Below are positions 25,110 through 34,664 of a stretch of DNA of 59,445 nt, in pieces (within the stretch, counting starts at the first letter, position 1; each line of letters opens with the position of its first letter). The notes beneath the pieces were generated by a model that did no database searches, was not told the origin of the DNA, and was given only the letters and a program-made list of their open reading frames with translations. The translations under genes and the position numbers were made by a program. Source of the DNA: a virus; the IMG/VR virus record IMGVR_UViG_3300023435_000002, positions 1 through 59,445 of that record; one strand, given 5' to 3'.

Positions 25110-25180
25110 TAGCACCACCAGGAATCGAACCTGGAGAGGAGGGTCATGAGCCCAACATGTTATCATTACATCATGGAGCT
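25110..25180 (-). tRNA. tRNA-Met(CAU)-like with initiator-type features; imperfect
   Basis: AGCTCCA..TTGGG-CTCATGA-CCCTC..CCAGG-TTCGATT-CCTGG-TGGTGCT-A. It has A1:U72 and three G:C pairs closing the anticodon stem. Against it: a U4:U69 mismatch, two mismatches at the top of the anticodon stem, and no GG in the D loop. Confidence 0.5.
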
Positions 25181-25183
25181 ATA

Positions 25184-25254
25184 CGCCTTAACTGAGAATT
25201 GAACTCAGGTCTCCTGCTCGACAAACAGGTATATTGCCACTATACTATTAAGGC
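25184..25254 (-). tRNA. tRNA-Asp(GUC)
   Basis: GCCTTAA-TA-GTAT-AGTGGCA-ATAT-A-CCTGT-TTGTCGA-GCAGG-AGAC-CTGAG-TTCAATT-CTCAG-TTAAGGC-G. All arms pair. No encoded CCA. Confidence 0.85.
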
Positions 25255-25288
25255 AAAATAATAAAAAATAAAAATAAAAATAAAAATT
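25255..25288 (-). terminator. Oligo-T tract array (minus-strand sense)
   Basis: T5-6 runs separated by single A residues, immediately downstream of the stop of 25302..25940. Confidence 0.45.
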
Positions 25289-25301
25289 AAGAAAAGCTTA
25301 T

Positions 25302-25940
25302 TTAAGCCTCTCTTGAATATTCTACAGTTAGACCAGTTAAGTATGATTCGTCAACTTCTGCGTCTTCAAAATCATCATCAAAGTCTAAATCGTCTATAGT
25401 AACCTTAAATACATCAAGCCTTGATTTGTATTCTTCACTTTCATCATCCTCGATGAAGTAGAATACCTTTACGTCAAACTTAACCTTTAAGTTATTTTTA
25501 ACTTCTACATCTAAAACCTTGATTTCTGTAATATCCTTATAGCTATCTATATCAACACCGTATAAAACTAATGCATCATAAACTGCTCGCTTAAAATCTT
25601 TTGATTCAACTGACTCAGTTGCTAGTTCTAAAGCCATAGCTTCAGTAGATTCATCTTCGAACTCTGCTTTTGTAAGAATATATTCCCCAGAATAATCAGC
25701 CGACTGTCTATCAGTAGTATCATTAACATTATTGTTATTAACCACTGTATTAGTGCTTGCTGGTATTACTATATTACTAACTGCTTGACTTACGATTGCC
25801 ACAACTTCATCAGTTGTTGCTAATCCTGATAGGTCTACTTCTGGTGCATCTACTTTTATGTTATTTACTAACACAAACATTCCGAGTCCCAAAAGAACAA
25901 CCAAAACAATTGCTGTAATTATTAATCCTTTTTCTTCCAT
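25302..25940 (-). CDS. N-terminally anchored acidic protein
   Basis: ORF track. LIITAIVLVVLLGLGMFVLV transmembrane segment, and an acidic C-terminus. Confidence 0.65.
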   Translation of the reverse strand: MEEKGLIITAIVLVVLLGLGMFVLVNNIKVDAPEVDLSGLATTDEVVAIVSQAVSNIVIPASTNTVVNNNNVNDTTDRQSADYSGEYILTKAEFEDESTEAMALELATESVESKDFKRAVYDALVLYGVDIDSYKDITEIKVLDVEVKNNLKVKFDVKVFYFIEDDESEEYKSRLDVFKVTIDDLDFDDDFEDAEVDESYLTGLTVEYSREA

Positions 25941-26095
25941 TTATTTTTCCTCCTTGAATTTAATTAAGAACCTTGTCAAAGACAATGGGTATCGCGATAC
26001 CGTTGCGATTGTGAATATCCTCTCCATACTATTATCTATATTTTTTACCATATATAAATGTTTTTGTTGTGTACTTTTATGTGTATTTTCTATTA

Positions 26096-27811
26096 TCAAC
26101 TTATTTTCCCTCCAGAATTAACTACAAAGGAACATCCTGAACCTTGATATATTATTTGACCTGTGGAATTAAAATCTAATGTAGAATTTATCTTAACGGT
26201 TCCACTACCAAGTAATGATAGATTTCCATTGATACTTATTGATGAATTTATGAAACAATTATCTGAACAATCTATATCCCAATTTCCTGAACCATCATAA
26301 TTACAAGTGTTTCCTACTGGTGCTGAAATGTACGTTACAGTTAGTTTAGGACCTTCTGCTGTTGGATGTTCTTTGGAAGCAAATTCTGAATAAAAATGAC
26401 TTGTTGAATTAAGCCAAAACCCTATATCGTTTTTTGAATTATCTATTACATATTGAAAAGAAGTATTTGTAACTGTAAAATTATAAATCGTTCCGATTGA
26501 AGATGTGGTGATTGTATCTTCTGGAGTAGTATTGCAATTTGTATAATTATCAAGAGAATTTCCACATGGCTGGTTATTCCATGTCAAATCGTTCTCATCT
26601 AGTGTATTTGTTCCAGTTGAATTTATCCAACCATTATAAAGATTATGCAAATTGATATTTCCAGATCCATCAATAGATGTTGTCTCTAACGATAATGTAG
26701 CATTTAATATTGTTGTTCCGGCAAGAGAAGATATATTAAAAGATAAATATGAGCTATAACTTTCATCATAATATTCATGTGCACATAGTAAAACCTCGTC
26801 GTCTGTACCACTATTCATTACTGAGTCTGGTGTTTCGCTATATACCCATCCGTCATTCAAATTCTCACTATCGGCATCTTGTAATATTACAATAGTTGAA
26901 TTTGCTCCAATATGTAATTCTTTTCCTAAATCAATTTTTATTATTTCTACGCCAATTCCTTTTTCAGATAATGACTCTTCTAACACCATATTCTTTGATA
27001 AATCTTTTTCAGATATATTTTTTGAAAATATTTTTATTTGATGACTTTCTCCATCCTTAATATCAATTTTAATCGAAGTATAATTATAGTCTAAACATTC
27101 AACGTCTGGATCATCTTTTGAATCTTTCTTGACAATACATTTTATTCCACTATTTTTTAGACTTTTAGCTTCTTCTATCTTTTTCCATGTGCTATCCTCT
27201 TCTACAAATCTAATTCCTGAATAAAGCGTCAAAGTTTTAGTCCCATCCTGATTGCTTATGGTTTCAGTTGTTGGAGTTCTTATAGATTTTATCTTAGCAT
27301 CCCAAACTGGGTCCAAGTATTCATCGTTTGCCCCGAATCCCCATTTGACTACATCATTTGGATTTTTCTTAATTTCAACTAGTCTAAATTCTTTTGTCGA
27401 GTATCTTGGAAATCTAAAAACATAAACTTTGTCTTGTATAGGTTTGGTGTCTTCAGTAAAATCTATACAACGCCAACCTTTGAATCCTATCCTCTGACCA
27501 TTCTTAAGAGTACATGCACATGAACCCGTGGCCGAACATCTACCATCCTTTGTAAATAAAGCATAGTCTTCTATATTGGGACTAAAATCTAATTGAATCT
27601 CATCTTGATTAAAAATATCCACATCATACCTTGTTGGATTTCTTACACTAAATTCAGAAATACATGGATTCTCATATGAACCTTCACAACTAAAATTACC
27701 AGTCTGGTCTGTTATTATAAATCCAAAGTTTGATTGAAGTAGAAAAAATAAACCTAGAATAGTTGTAACTGATGCAGCAACCCCAGCTCCAATCTTTGTC
27801 CAACGTCTCAT
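26096..27811 (-). CDS. N-terminally anchored or secreted sequon-rich protein (possible receptor-binding or surface protein)
   Basis: GAGVAASVTTILGLFFLL hydrophobic N-terminus. At least 15 N-x-S/T sequons read by eye, and many Cys. Confidence 0.65.
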   Translation of the reverse strand: MRRWTKIGAGVAASVTTILGLFFLLQSNFGFIITDQTGNFSCEGSYENPCISEFSVRNPTRYDVDIFNQDEIQLDFSPNIEDYALFTKDGRCSATGSCACTLKNGQRIGFKGWRCIDFTEDTKPIQDKVYVFRFPRYSTKEFRLVEIKKNPNDVVKWGFGANDEYLDPVWDAKIKSIRTPTTETISNQDGTKTLTLYSGIRFVEEDSTWKKIEEAKSLKNSGIKCIVKKDSKDDPDVECLDYNYTSIKIDIKDGESHQIKIFSKNISEKDLSKNMVLEESLSEKGIGVEIIKIDLGKELHIGANSTIVILQDADSENLNDGWVYSETPDSVMNSGTDDEVLLCAHEYYDESYSSYLSFNISSLAGTTILNATLSLETTSIDGSGNINLHNLYNGWINSTGTNTLDENDLTWNNQPCGNSLDNYTNCNTTPEDTITTSSIGTIYNFTVTNTSFQYVIDNSKNDIGFWLNSTSHFYSEFASKEHPTAEGPKLTVTYISAPVGNTCNYDGSGNWDIDCSDNCFINSSISINGNLSLLGSGTVKINSTLDFNSTGQIIYQGSGCSFVVNSGGKIS

Positions 27812-30800
27812 TATGAAACCTCTATTACTAAATCTGTTCCATTAAAATATATACTTGATTCTTGTGCATCACCATAATATGTTCTTGAATCTTCTGCAAT
27901 ATAAACATTCTCTATTTCATCAGAAGTACTTCCAATATTCTCTCCATTAGTATCTAAATATCCTCCTAGTTGTGGAGTTGTATCCGTCATTATACTTTGA
28001 AGAGCTGTACTTAAACAAGCCCCAGTATTTAAACAAAATTCTGTAGAATTAACTTGCGCATCAAAAGTATAAAGACTTGCATCTGTAAATTGTAGAATGT
28101 CGTTTGTACTATCAAATTCTATTTGAGAATTTTCATCTAAAGCAGAATTAACAAATACTAGAATAGAATCAGCATTAACACCAACAATTCCTATTTTATC
28201 TTTTACACCAAAAAGATTGCTACCTAATGCAGAAGAATATCCATCAACCATTGGGAATCCCGCACCAAGATAGTTTATGAAATTAAAATATGATGAGCCA
28301 TCTCCTATATATGAATCAAAAGATAAATTAGTATAACCCAATGCTGTAAAATTAGTTGTTACTAAATTACTATCTATAGTCAATTCGCTAACTCCAGACC
28401 TGTAAAGAGTTGTATCTGATGACAATCCAAATGAAATCCCATTTGCACTATCTGTTGTATCTACTAATGAACTTAACCATAAAGCACTTGTATCTGCACC
28501 TTCAACTACAATTCCATAATCAATTAATGCTCCAGTTTGGTCTCTAATCATTACTCCAGCATTAGCCAATCCACCTACACTATCAGCAACATTAACACCG
28601 AAAGACAGTCCTTCATTTCTAGGAGTAACTCCATCATAATCAGTTATCTCTCTAGTTATATCTAATCCATATAATGAACCTCCAAATGAAGTTGTATCAC
28701 CTGCATTTGAATCTGTCCATGTTACATAAGCTTTTAATCCTTCATAAATAACTCCAGAAACTCCAGACACACCATCAGCTCTACCCTCTACACCTATTAA
28801 TGCAAAAGCACTTGCAATGTTATCTTCTGCTAGTCCTAACACACCTAATCCATGACCAGAGTTTGTGTTTCCTTCACTTTTTATATATCCATATAAACTA
28901 ATAGGAACAGCACCATTTGCAAACTCTCCAGTATAAGAATTTCTTGTGGCATAATTTATTCCAGCAACTCCATCTTTTTCATATAACAATGACATATTCC
29001 CAACAATATCTACTTTCGATTGTGGTGTTGCAGTTCCTATTCCTAAATCACTTGTAGTATTATAAATTGAAGTTGCAGTAGAAACCCAAGGAGAACTCCC
29101 ACCACTCTCAAAAGCGTCATACGTAGCGTTATATGTTGAAAGATAACTTGCATTATTCAAAGAGCCAGCATAGCTTTCATTATAAGTTGTTGTCCAACTT
29201 GCATTATTAGCAGTCACTATTCCATCAGTATAATCATTGGCTTCTGTTAAATTTCCATCTATCATTCCAGTAATTTCTTCTTTAGTAAACATATCAGCAA
29301 TTTTTAGGAAAACGGAATTTATCCAACTACTCTGACTAAAATTGACATCATCTGTATAAGTATTCGCTGGAGTTGTTTGGTTATACATCCATTTATCATA
29401 ATCTAATGCAGACCAGTTTGAATTAAAACTTGCCTGAAAATCCACAAAACTAAAATCCCCACCACCGGCAACGGCAGAACACTGGATAGTTCCATTTGGA
29501 TATACTCCAATCATTTTATCATTTCCTGCACAATTTGTTTCTACAATATTATTAAATCTTGCACTTTCATTAGTATCTATTGTGTGTGCACCAGTGATAA
29601 ACCCTAATCCTTCCACATAAGTTTGGTCTACTCCGAGAGTTTGATTATAACCCCATAAATAACTCGCATAAAGTGTATCTGCATAAGTTTGATTCCAACT
29701 AGAATTATCTCCTGCAGCAGAAGCATAAGTTGCGTTGTATGTTGAACTCCAAATGTCATTATATAAATTATAAGTTGCAGTTGTTTGATTATAATCCCAC
29801 TCAATTCCTGAATAAAGTAGATTTGCTCTAGTTTCATTCCAACTTAAATTCCCTCCAGTTGTTCCAATCGGAGCATATAATGTGTTAGCAAATGTCTGAT
29901 TCCAAGAAGAATTGTCTCCAGTTGATGCTGCATATGTCGCATTGTATGTTGAGCTCCAAATATCATTGTATAGAGTATAAGTAGAGGTTGTTTGATTATA
30001 ATCCCACTCAATTCCTGCATACAATAAATTTGCTCTAGTTTCATTCCAACTCAAATTTCCTCCTGTGGAACCTATTGCCGCATAAAGTGTATTTGCAAAA
30101 GTTTGATTCCAAGAAGAATTATCTCCTGTCCCACCTGCTGCATAGGTTGCATTATAAGTAGAGTAGTCACCAATCAAGTTTCCAGTAAAGTTTAAATCTC
30201 CGTTTACTACAAGTTTTTGATTCGGAGAAACTTCATCTATTCCTACATTTCCACCCATAATTGCCATTGAATTTGGTTGTTCAAAATTGTATTCGCTTGA
30301 GTTTAATCCTATTCCGAATGAACTTGTACCTGATACATTAATCCTGTTTCCCATTGCTGTTGAAATTCCACCAGACGCTATAGTGTTTACTCCAGTTGCA
30401 AAGTCAAAAGCCTTTTCTGCTTTAACTCCAGAGCCTATTGCAAAAGAATTTATTCCGGAGGCATTCGCATTGTCACCTATTGCTACGGCAAAATCACCAG
30501 TTGCACTTGCACCTACACCACCTACAACTAATCCACCACCATTTATAAGTCTTATATCTAGCTTAGCTGTTGGTTCTGTTGTACCTATTCCAATATTACC
30601 ACTATCATAAGAAATATTTGCTCCGTCTGATGTCCATTGGCTAGAAATTTTATTATCATAAGTTGTGTTGAAGGTTGAGCCACTCATATCACTTAAACAA
30701 TTTCCACCAGTTATACAAAAGTCTAGGGACGAATTAACTTGTGCATCAAAACTATATCCCCCACTTGCATCTTCAAACTTCATAATATCATTTGTTCTAT

Positions 30801-33750
30801 CAAAGTCTATTAAAGCATCTTCGTCTAATCCAGCATTGCCAAATAATAAAGAAGGATCCCCATTCACTCCAATTATGCCAAAAGAATCTTTAGCTGTTAG
30901 CATATATCCTTCAAGGGCATTAGAATAAGAGTCTATCATTGGAAGCCCCATTCCTCCATAATTAATAATTCCTAGATATGATGTTCCATCTCCAACATAT
31001 GTTTCAAAAGATAAATTTGTATTTCCTGTTACAATTAACCCACTTGTTAAATTCATTGGTATAGTGGTATTATATGCTAGTAATTGGTTATTCGATATAT
31101 TCCAATACTTTGTATCTGTCATGTTATATCCCCACTTAATATCAGAGTAAAGTGTATTTGCAAAAGTTTGATTCCAGCTTAAATTTCCAGTATTTATATT
31201 TCCTAAACAATCCCCTCCATCTATACAGAAATCTGTTGCATTAACTATGGCATCAAAAGAATAATAACTAGCATCTGTAAAATATCCTTTTTCTATACTT
31301 CCATTAAATCCTATATTCATACTTGCAAGAGTTACAGAATCAGTAAATAATAATGTTGGGTCTTTATCACCTGCTACTGATGTTTCTTCTTGGCTACCAA
31401 TAATTGCTAAAACATTTTTTACAGCTGTAGCATTTCCCAAAGCTCCATCACTAACACCTTTAATCATAGCATATTTTCCTACACCAAACCCAGAGAAATC
31501 TAATTCTTCAAAGGTTAAATATTGATTATCGTTTCCAAATTTACTTCCAATTTCAGTAGTTATGTTTCCACTAAATAATCCATTACCATCAACATAAAGA
31601 TTTCCTCCTCCTGGAGTTACATTAAATTCTCCTTCAACCATATTTCCTCTTGTAATATTTAAATAATTTACACTAGAATTATAACTTATTTTATAAGCTG
31701 TTTCATTTTCTGAATCTTCTAAAATTATGCTTGGTTCACCTTTCGCTATTTTTAGATTCTCTTCTAAGTCATCTCCAGGAGTATATTTATTATTCCAAAA
31801 GTCTAACTTTCCAGCTGGCATTATTCCACTTAAAGCATTTGTTGCTATCCTTGTAGCTTGTGCAAAGAAAGAATCTGATAAATGATTACAATTTCCATTA
31901 TCATCACAATTATCAAGTCCTCCAAGGTTATTATGATTTATTGGTGCATCCAAACCAGTCCAATCTGAACCATTCCATGTATAACCAACTGCTTCATCTT
32001 CTACAATAACTGCCCATCCAAGCATAGGAGTATCAAAAGTCCAATTTGTTGAATTATAAGTTGTTATATTATTTTCACTTCCAGTCCATTCTGTTGCAGT
32101 TGCAGCCGATATTTCTACTGTTCCAAAAGTTAGGAAAGTATCCATGTTTGCAATATTTTCATACTCAGTATTAATCCATTCATCACTTCTTTGAATGGTT
32201 GAAATTCTTACTTCATCCATAGTACCACTGCAAAGATATTGTGTTAATGTTCCTACACCACTTGACATAAGTTTTACAGAAGTTACTGTAGATTGTATGG
32301 AAGGAGTTGCTGTACCTGATTGGACTTCTCCATCTAATAAAAGATGGGCTGTAGTTCCATCTGAACTAAATACCGTCTGATGCCATTCCCCATCACTAAA
32401 AATATTTCCACCATAAACTGTCTTACCATTAAACCATAATCCATTATTTCCATAACCTAAAATAAAAGCAGAACTATAACTTGAAACAGAATCAGCCTGA
32501 GTTACTATATACTTGCTTCCAGATGGAATATTTTTAGCCCAAACTGAAATAGTAAAAGGACCAGAAGGTAAATCTGTATTTATATTGGTATCTGCATAAT
32601 CATTAATACCATCGAAAGATTGTGCTGAAGATAATATACCAGTTGTTTCTGAAACTCCGTTCTTTAAATCACCAATATAAGAACCAGTTGAATCATTTAT
32701 TGCTGTTGCATTTAAATTCTCCATATGGAATACTGCTTCATAATCTGAATCCCATGTGCCTAAACTATCTTCTTGAGAAGTTGCAACACTATTTCCATAA
32801 TACATATAAATTATTGTATCAGTTAAATTTGCAATTACTGGAACTTCAACATGAGCCTCTAAATATTTTGTACCAGTTCCATCATCATAATAAACTAATT
32901 CGTGAGAAAGTTTGGTTGTTTTATCTGAACTTGTAAATAATATATCATCCCCATCTGTTTGTGCTTTTCCAAATATACTATTTCCACTATCATCAATTAT
33001 TATTGTTACTGGAAAATTAGTTTGATTAGCTTCTACTTGGTCTGATTCTATTGTTACGGATTGTCTATAATCCCATGCACCAGCTGCTCCATACCAATCT
33101 CCTCCAACTGTAAAAGGAATTATATATCTATCTCCTGTATCTGGAGTTAGAGGTGGTGATAAAACTGATTTACTTAAAACTGACTTCTTCCAAGTTGAAG
33201 AAGAATTACCTAGATTTATAGAACCAGCAATTTCTTGTAGTTGTCCTTCAACTGATGTTTCTACAAAAAAAGCTCCTTCGTCTAATGTCGTTACATATTG
33301 AGCTCGTACAAATTCATTCTGGTATAATTCATTTGTTATATCATAAACTAAAGCCTGTCCTTCTTGTGATGCTATAATTGCAATAGTTTCATTGTCAGTA
33401 AAGTTCATAAATATTGGTGTTATTTCATTCCAAAATTCCAAACAAATAGTCTCATTTTGTAAACATAATTTTGAAGCATTTACTGTCCCATCAAAATTAA
33501 ATAATCCAGTAGTATTTGAACCAGTTAGACTTACATATCTTGTATCTAATGTAGTATTTAAATGAGTTTCATTAAATTCTAAATCCCCACTATTACTATA
33601 AAACCATGTGGTAGCAAAGTCTCTTATATCCTCACCAAATCCATAAAAATCTAATTTACCAGTAAATGGACTATAAGTTGTAGGTAATGCACTTGCTACA
33701 CCTAACATAACTATACACATAAACGCAATAACTAATATTTTTTTATCCAT
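27811..33750 (-). CDS. Giant (1979 aa) adhesin or tail-fibre-like protein with a signal peptide, a ConA/LamG-like domain and internal repeats
   Basis: I chose the start at MDKKILVIAFMCIVMLGVASA (ATGGATAA overlap with the upstream stop). SFDGINDYADT...FTISVWAKN resembles LamG/ConA. Contains 69-aa tandem repeats and a roughly 110-aa domain present three times. Confidence 0.75.
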   Translation of the reverse strand: MDKKILVIAFMCIVMLGVASALPTTYSPFTGKLDFYGFGEDIRDFATTWFYSNSGDLEFNETHLNTTLDTRYVSLTGSNTTGLFNFDGTVNASKLCLQNETICLEFWNEITPIFMNFTDNETIAIIASQEGQALVYDITNELYQNEFVRAQYVTTLDEGAFFVETSVEGQLQEIAGSINLGNSSSTWKKSVLSKSVLSPPLTPDTGDRYIIPFTVGGDWYGAAGAWDYRQSVTIESDQVEANQTNFPVTIIIDDSGNSIFGKAQTDGDDILFTSSDKTTKLSHELVYYDDGTGTKYLEAHVEVPVIANLTDTIIYMYYGNSVATSQEDSLGTWDSDYEAVFHMENLNATAINDSTGSYIGDLKNGVSETTGILSSAQSFDGINDYADTNINTDLPSGPFTISVWAKNIPSGSKYIVTQADSVSSYSSAFILGYGNNGLWFNGKTVYGGNIFSDGEWHQTVFSSDGTTAHLLLDGEVQSGTATPSIQSTVTSVKLMSSGVGTLTQYLCSGTMDEVRISTIQRSDEWINTEYENIANMDTFLTFGTVEISAATATEWTGSENNITTYNSTNWTFDTPMLGWAVIVEDEAVGYTWNGSDWTGLDAPINHNNLGGLDNCDDNGNCNHLSDSFFAQATRIATNALSGIMPAGKLDFWNNKYTPGDDLEENLKIAKGEPSIILEDSENETAYKISYNSSVNYLNITRGNMVEGEFNVTPGGGNLYVDGNGLFSGNITTEIGSKFGNDNQYLTFEELDFSGFGVGKYAMIKGVSDGALGNATAVKNVLAIIGSQEETSVAGDKDPTLLFTDSVTLASMNIGFNGSIEKGYFTDASYYSFDAIVNATDFCIDGGDCLGNINTGNLSWNQTFANTLYSDIKWGYNMTDTKYWNISNNQLLAYNTTIPMNLTSGLIVTGNTNLSFETYVGDGTSYLGIINYGGMGLPMIDSYSNALEGYMLTAKDSFGIIGVNGDPSLLFGNAGLDEDALIDFDRTNDIMKFEDASGGYSFDAQVNSSLDFCITGGNCLSDMSGSTFNTTYDNKISSQWTSDGANISYDSGNIGIGTTEPTAKLDIRLINGGGLVVGGVGASATGDFAVAIGDNANASGINSFAIGSGVKAEKAFDFATGVNTIASGGISTAMGNRINVSGTSSFGIGLNSSEYNFEQPNSMAIMGGNVGIDEVSPNQKLVVNGDLNFTGNLIGDYSTYNATYAAGGTGDNSSWNQTFANTLYAAIGSTGGNLSWNETRANLLYAGIEWDYNQTTSTYTLYNDIWSSTYNATYAASTGDNSSWNQTFANTLYAPIGTTGGNLSWNETRANLLYSGIEWDYNQTTATYNLYNDIWSSTYNATYASAAGDNSSWNQTYADTLYASYLWGYNQTLGVDQTYVEGLGFITGAHTIDTNESARFNNIVETNCAGNDKMIGVYPNGTIQCSAVAGGGDFSFVDFQASFNSNWSALDYDKWMYNQTTPANTYTDDVNFSQSSWINSVFLKIADMFTKEEITGMIDGNLTEANDYTDGIVTANNASWTTTYNESYAGSLNNASYLSTYNATYDAFESGGSSPWVSTATSIYNTTSDLGIGTATPQSKVDIVGNMSLLYEKDGVAGINYATRNSYTGEFANGAVPISLYGYIKSEGNTNSGHGLGVLGLAEDNIASAFALIGVEGRADGVSGVSGVIYEGLKAYVTWTDSNAGDTTSFGGSLYGLDITREITDYDGVTPRNEGLSFGVNVADSVGGLANAGVMIRDQTGALIDYGIVVEGADTSALWLSSLVDTTDSANGISFGLSSDTTLYRSGVSELTIDSNLVTTNFTALGYTNLSFDSYIGDGSSYFNFINYLGAGFPMVDGYSSALGSNLFGVKDKIGIVGVNADSILVFVNSALDENSQIEFDSTNDILQFTDASLYTFDAQVNSTEFCLNTGACLSTALQSIMTDTTPQLGGYLDTNGENIGSTSDEIENVYIAEDSRTYYGDAQESSIYFNGTDLVIEVS
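29637..30165. repeat. About 2.5 tandem copies of a 207-bp (69-aa) unit inside the giant gene
   Basis: The unit GDNSSWNQTFANTLYA.IG.TGGNLSWNETRANLLY.GIEWDYNQTT.TY.LYNDIWSSTYNATYA starts at 30126, 29919 and 29712 in minus-strand sense. Confidence 0.85.
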
Positions 33751-34159
33751 AAACAAATGTTCCCCTATCATTCCATACTTTATCAAATACAGTGCTACTT
33801 CCAGCGAACTCTATATCAGTAACATTATATCCATCATAAGTTAATTTTTGAATCTGCCACGAAGCCCCAGATTTATTTGCTCCTGGAACTGCCTTTCCTA
33901 TATATTCTTGAACTGCTCCCGAATAAGCTATTGTGGTTTTATATTGTTCTTCTGAATGAACTCCACCACTTATAAATAAAGAAGAATTAGTTATTGCAAC
34001 ACTTCCTGTTATATTAGAACCTAAATCACTAAAGTTTTGTATCCACGATTGCGAACCAGTTGTTGCACTTATACCTTCTGTTTGAACTAAAAGTCTGTTA
34101 CCACTATTAACACTTGCTAAATATCCTGCACCGTTTCCGTCTACTATTGTTTCCGCCAT
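33743..34159 (-). CDS. Hypothetical tail-associated protein
   Basis: ORF track. Position lies between membrane-protein genes and the giant gene. Confidence 0.6.
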   Translation of the reverse strand: MAETIVDGNGAGYLASVNSGNRLLVQTEGISATTGSQSWIQNFSDLGSNITGSVAITNSSLFISGGVHSEEQYKTTIAYSGAVQEYIGKAVPGANKSGASWQIQKLTYDGYNVTDIEFAGSSTVFDKVWNDRGTFVYG

Positions 34160-34164
34160 TGTAA

Positions 34165-34392
34165 TTACTTACTTTCGTAAGTTCCTAATAACTTGTATAA
34201 AAAATTAACTATAAAAGGTAAAATAGTTGCTACTAAAGTTTCTGCACTACCAAAGTCTATTACTCCGGCTAAGTTACCGATGTAACCTATTGCTGCAGCA
34301 CCCAACGTAATCAAAAGAGATTTTCCAATCTTTTTCAATCCAGTCATGTCTAACTTACCTGCTGTCATTAATTTAATTTTTTGTTTTGCCAT
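34165..34392 (-). CDS. Small membrane protein (holin-like size)
   Basis: Start taken at MAKQKIK (TAATG junction with the upstream stop). Two hydrophobic helices. Confidence 0.5.
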   Translation of the reverse strand: MAKQKIKLMTAGKLDMTGLKKIGKSLLITLGAAAIGYIGNLAGVIDFGSAETLVATILPFIVNFLYKLLGTYESK

Positions 34393-34664
34393 TATAATGT
34401 GATTATGCATACCCCTGCTATTGATATTGCTGTACAAACAACACCAGTGAGTACTGTTATTATTTTCCATTGTGTTTTAATTTCTGTTATGATTGATTGT
34501 GGAACATGAGTTGACTGATGATTAAATAGTTCTGTCATACGACCATTTAGATTATCTCCCAAATTGCTTACTGCTATTTTTATTTCGTTTGTTGCTTTTT
34601 CCATATTATTTACTTTTTGTTCTAACACTAATCCAAAGGTACACGAACCATCTTTTTTTGTCAT
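34392..34664 (-). CDS. Tail-anchored small membrane protein
   Basis: ORF track. C-terminal IITVLTGVVCTAISIAGVCIITL. Confidence 0.55.
   Translation of the reverse strand: MTKKDGSCTFGLVLEQKVNNMEKATNEIKIAVSNLGDNLNGRMTELFNHQSTHVPQSIITEIKTQWKIITVLTGVVCTAISIAGVCIITL

Noticed and set aside
25255-25288. A-run/T-run arrays (also at 40599, 45414 and 55629) as CRISPR-like or minisatellite loci.
   Set aside because: The units are 6-11 nt homopolymer runs with no unique spacers. Their position right after stop codons fits oligo-T terminators better.
25858-26121. A plus-strand 87-aa ORF in the gap between 25940 and 26096.
   Set aside because: Most of it is antisense to 25302..25940. It has a hydrophobic low-complexity composition, and the orientation is wrong for this arm.
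27811-33786. Antisense and alternative-frame ORFs inside the giant gene (29628, 29844, 30287, 30665, 32195, 32622) and the 12-codon N-terminal extension MIKYGMIGEHLF.
   Set aside because: These are shadow ORFs of a long repetitive gene. The extension precedes an obvious signal peptide, whose ATG overlaps the upstream stop.
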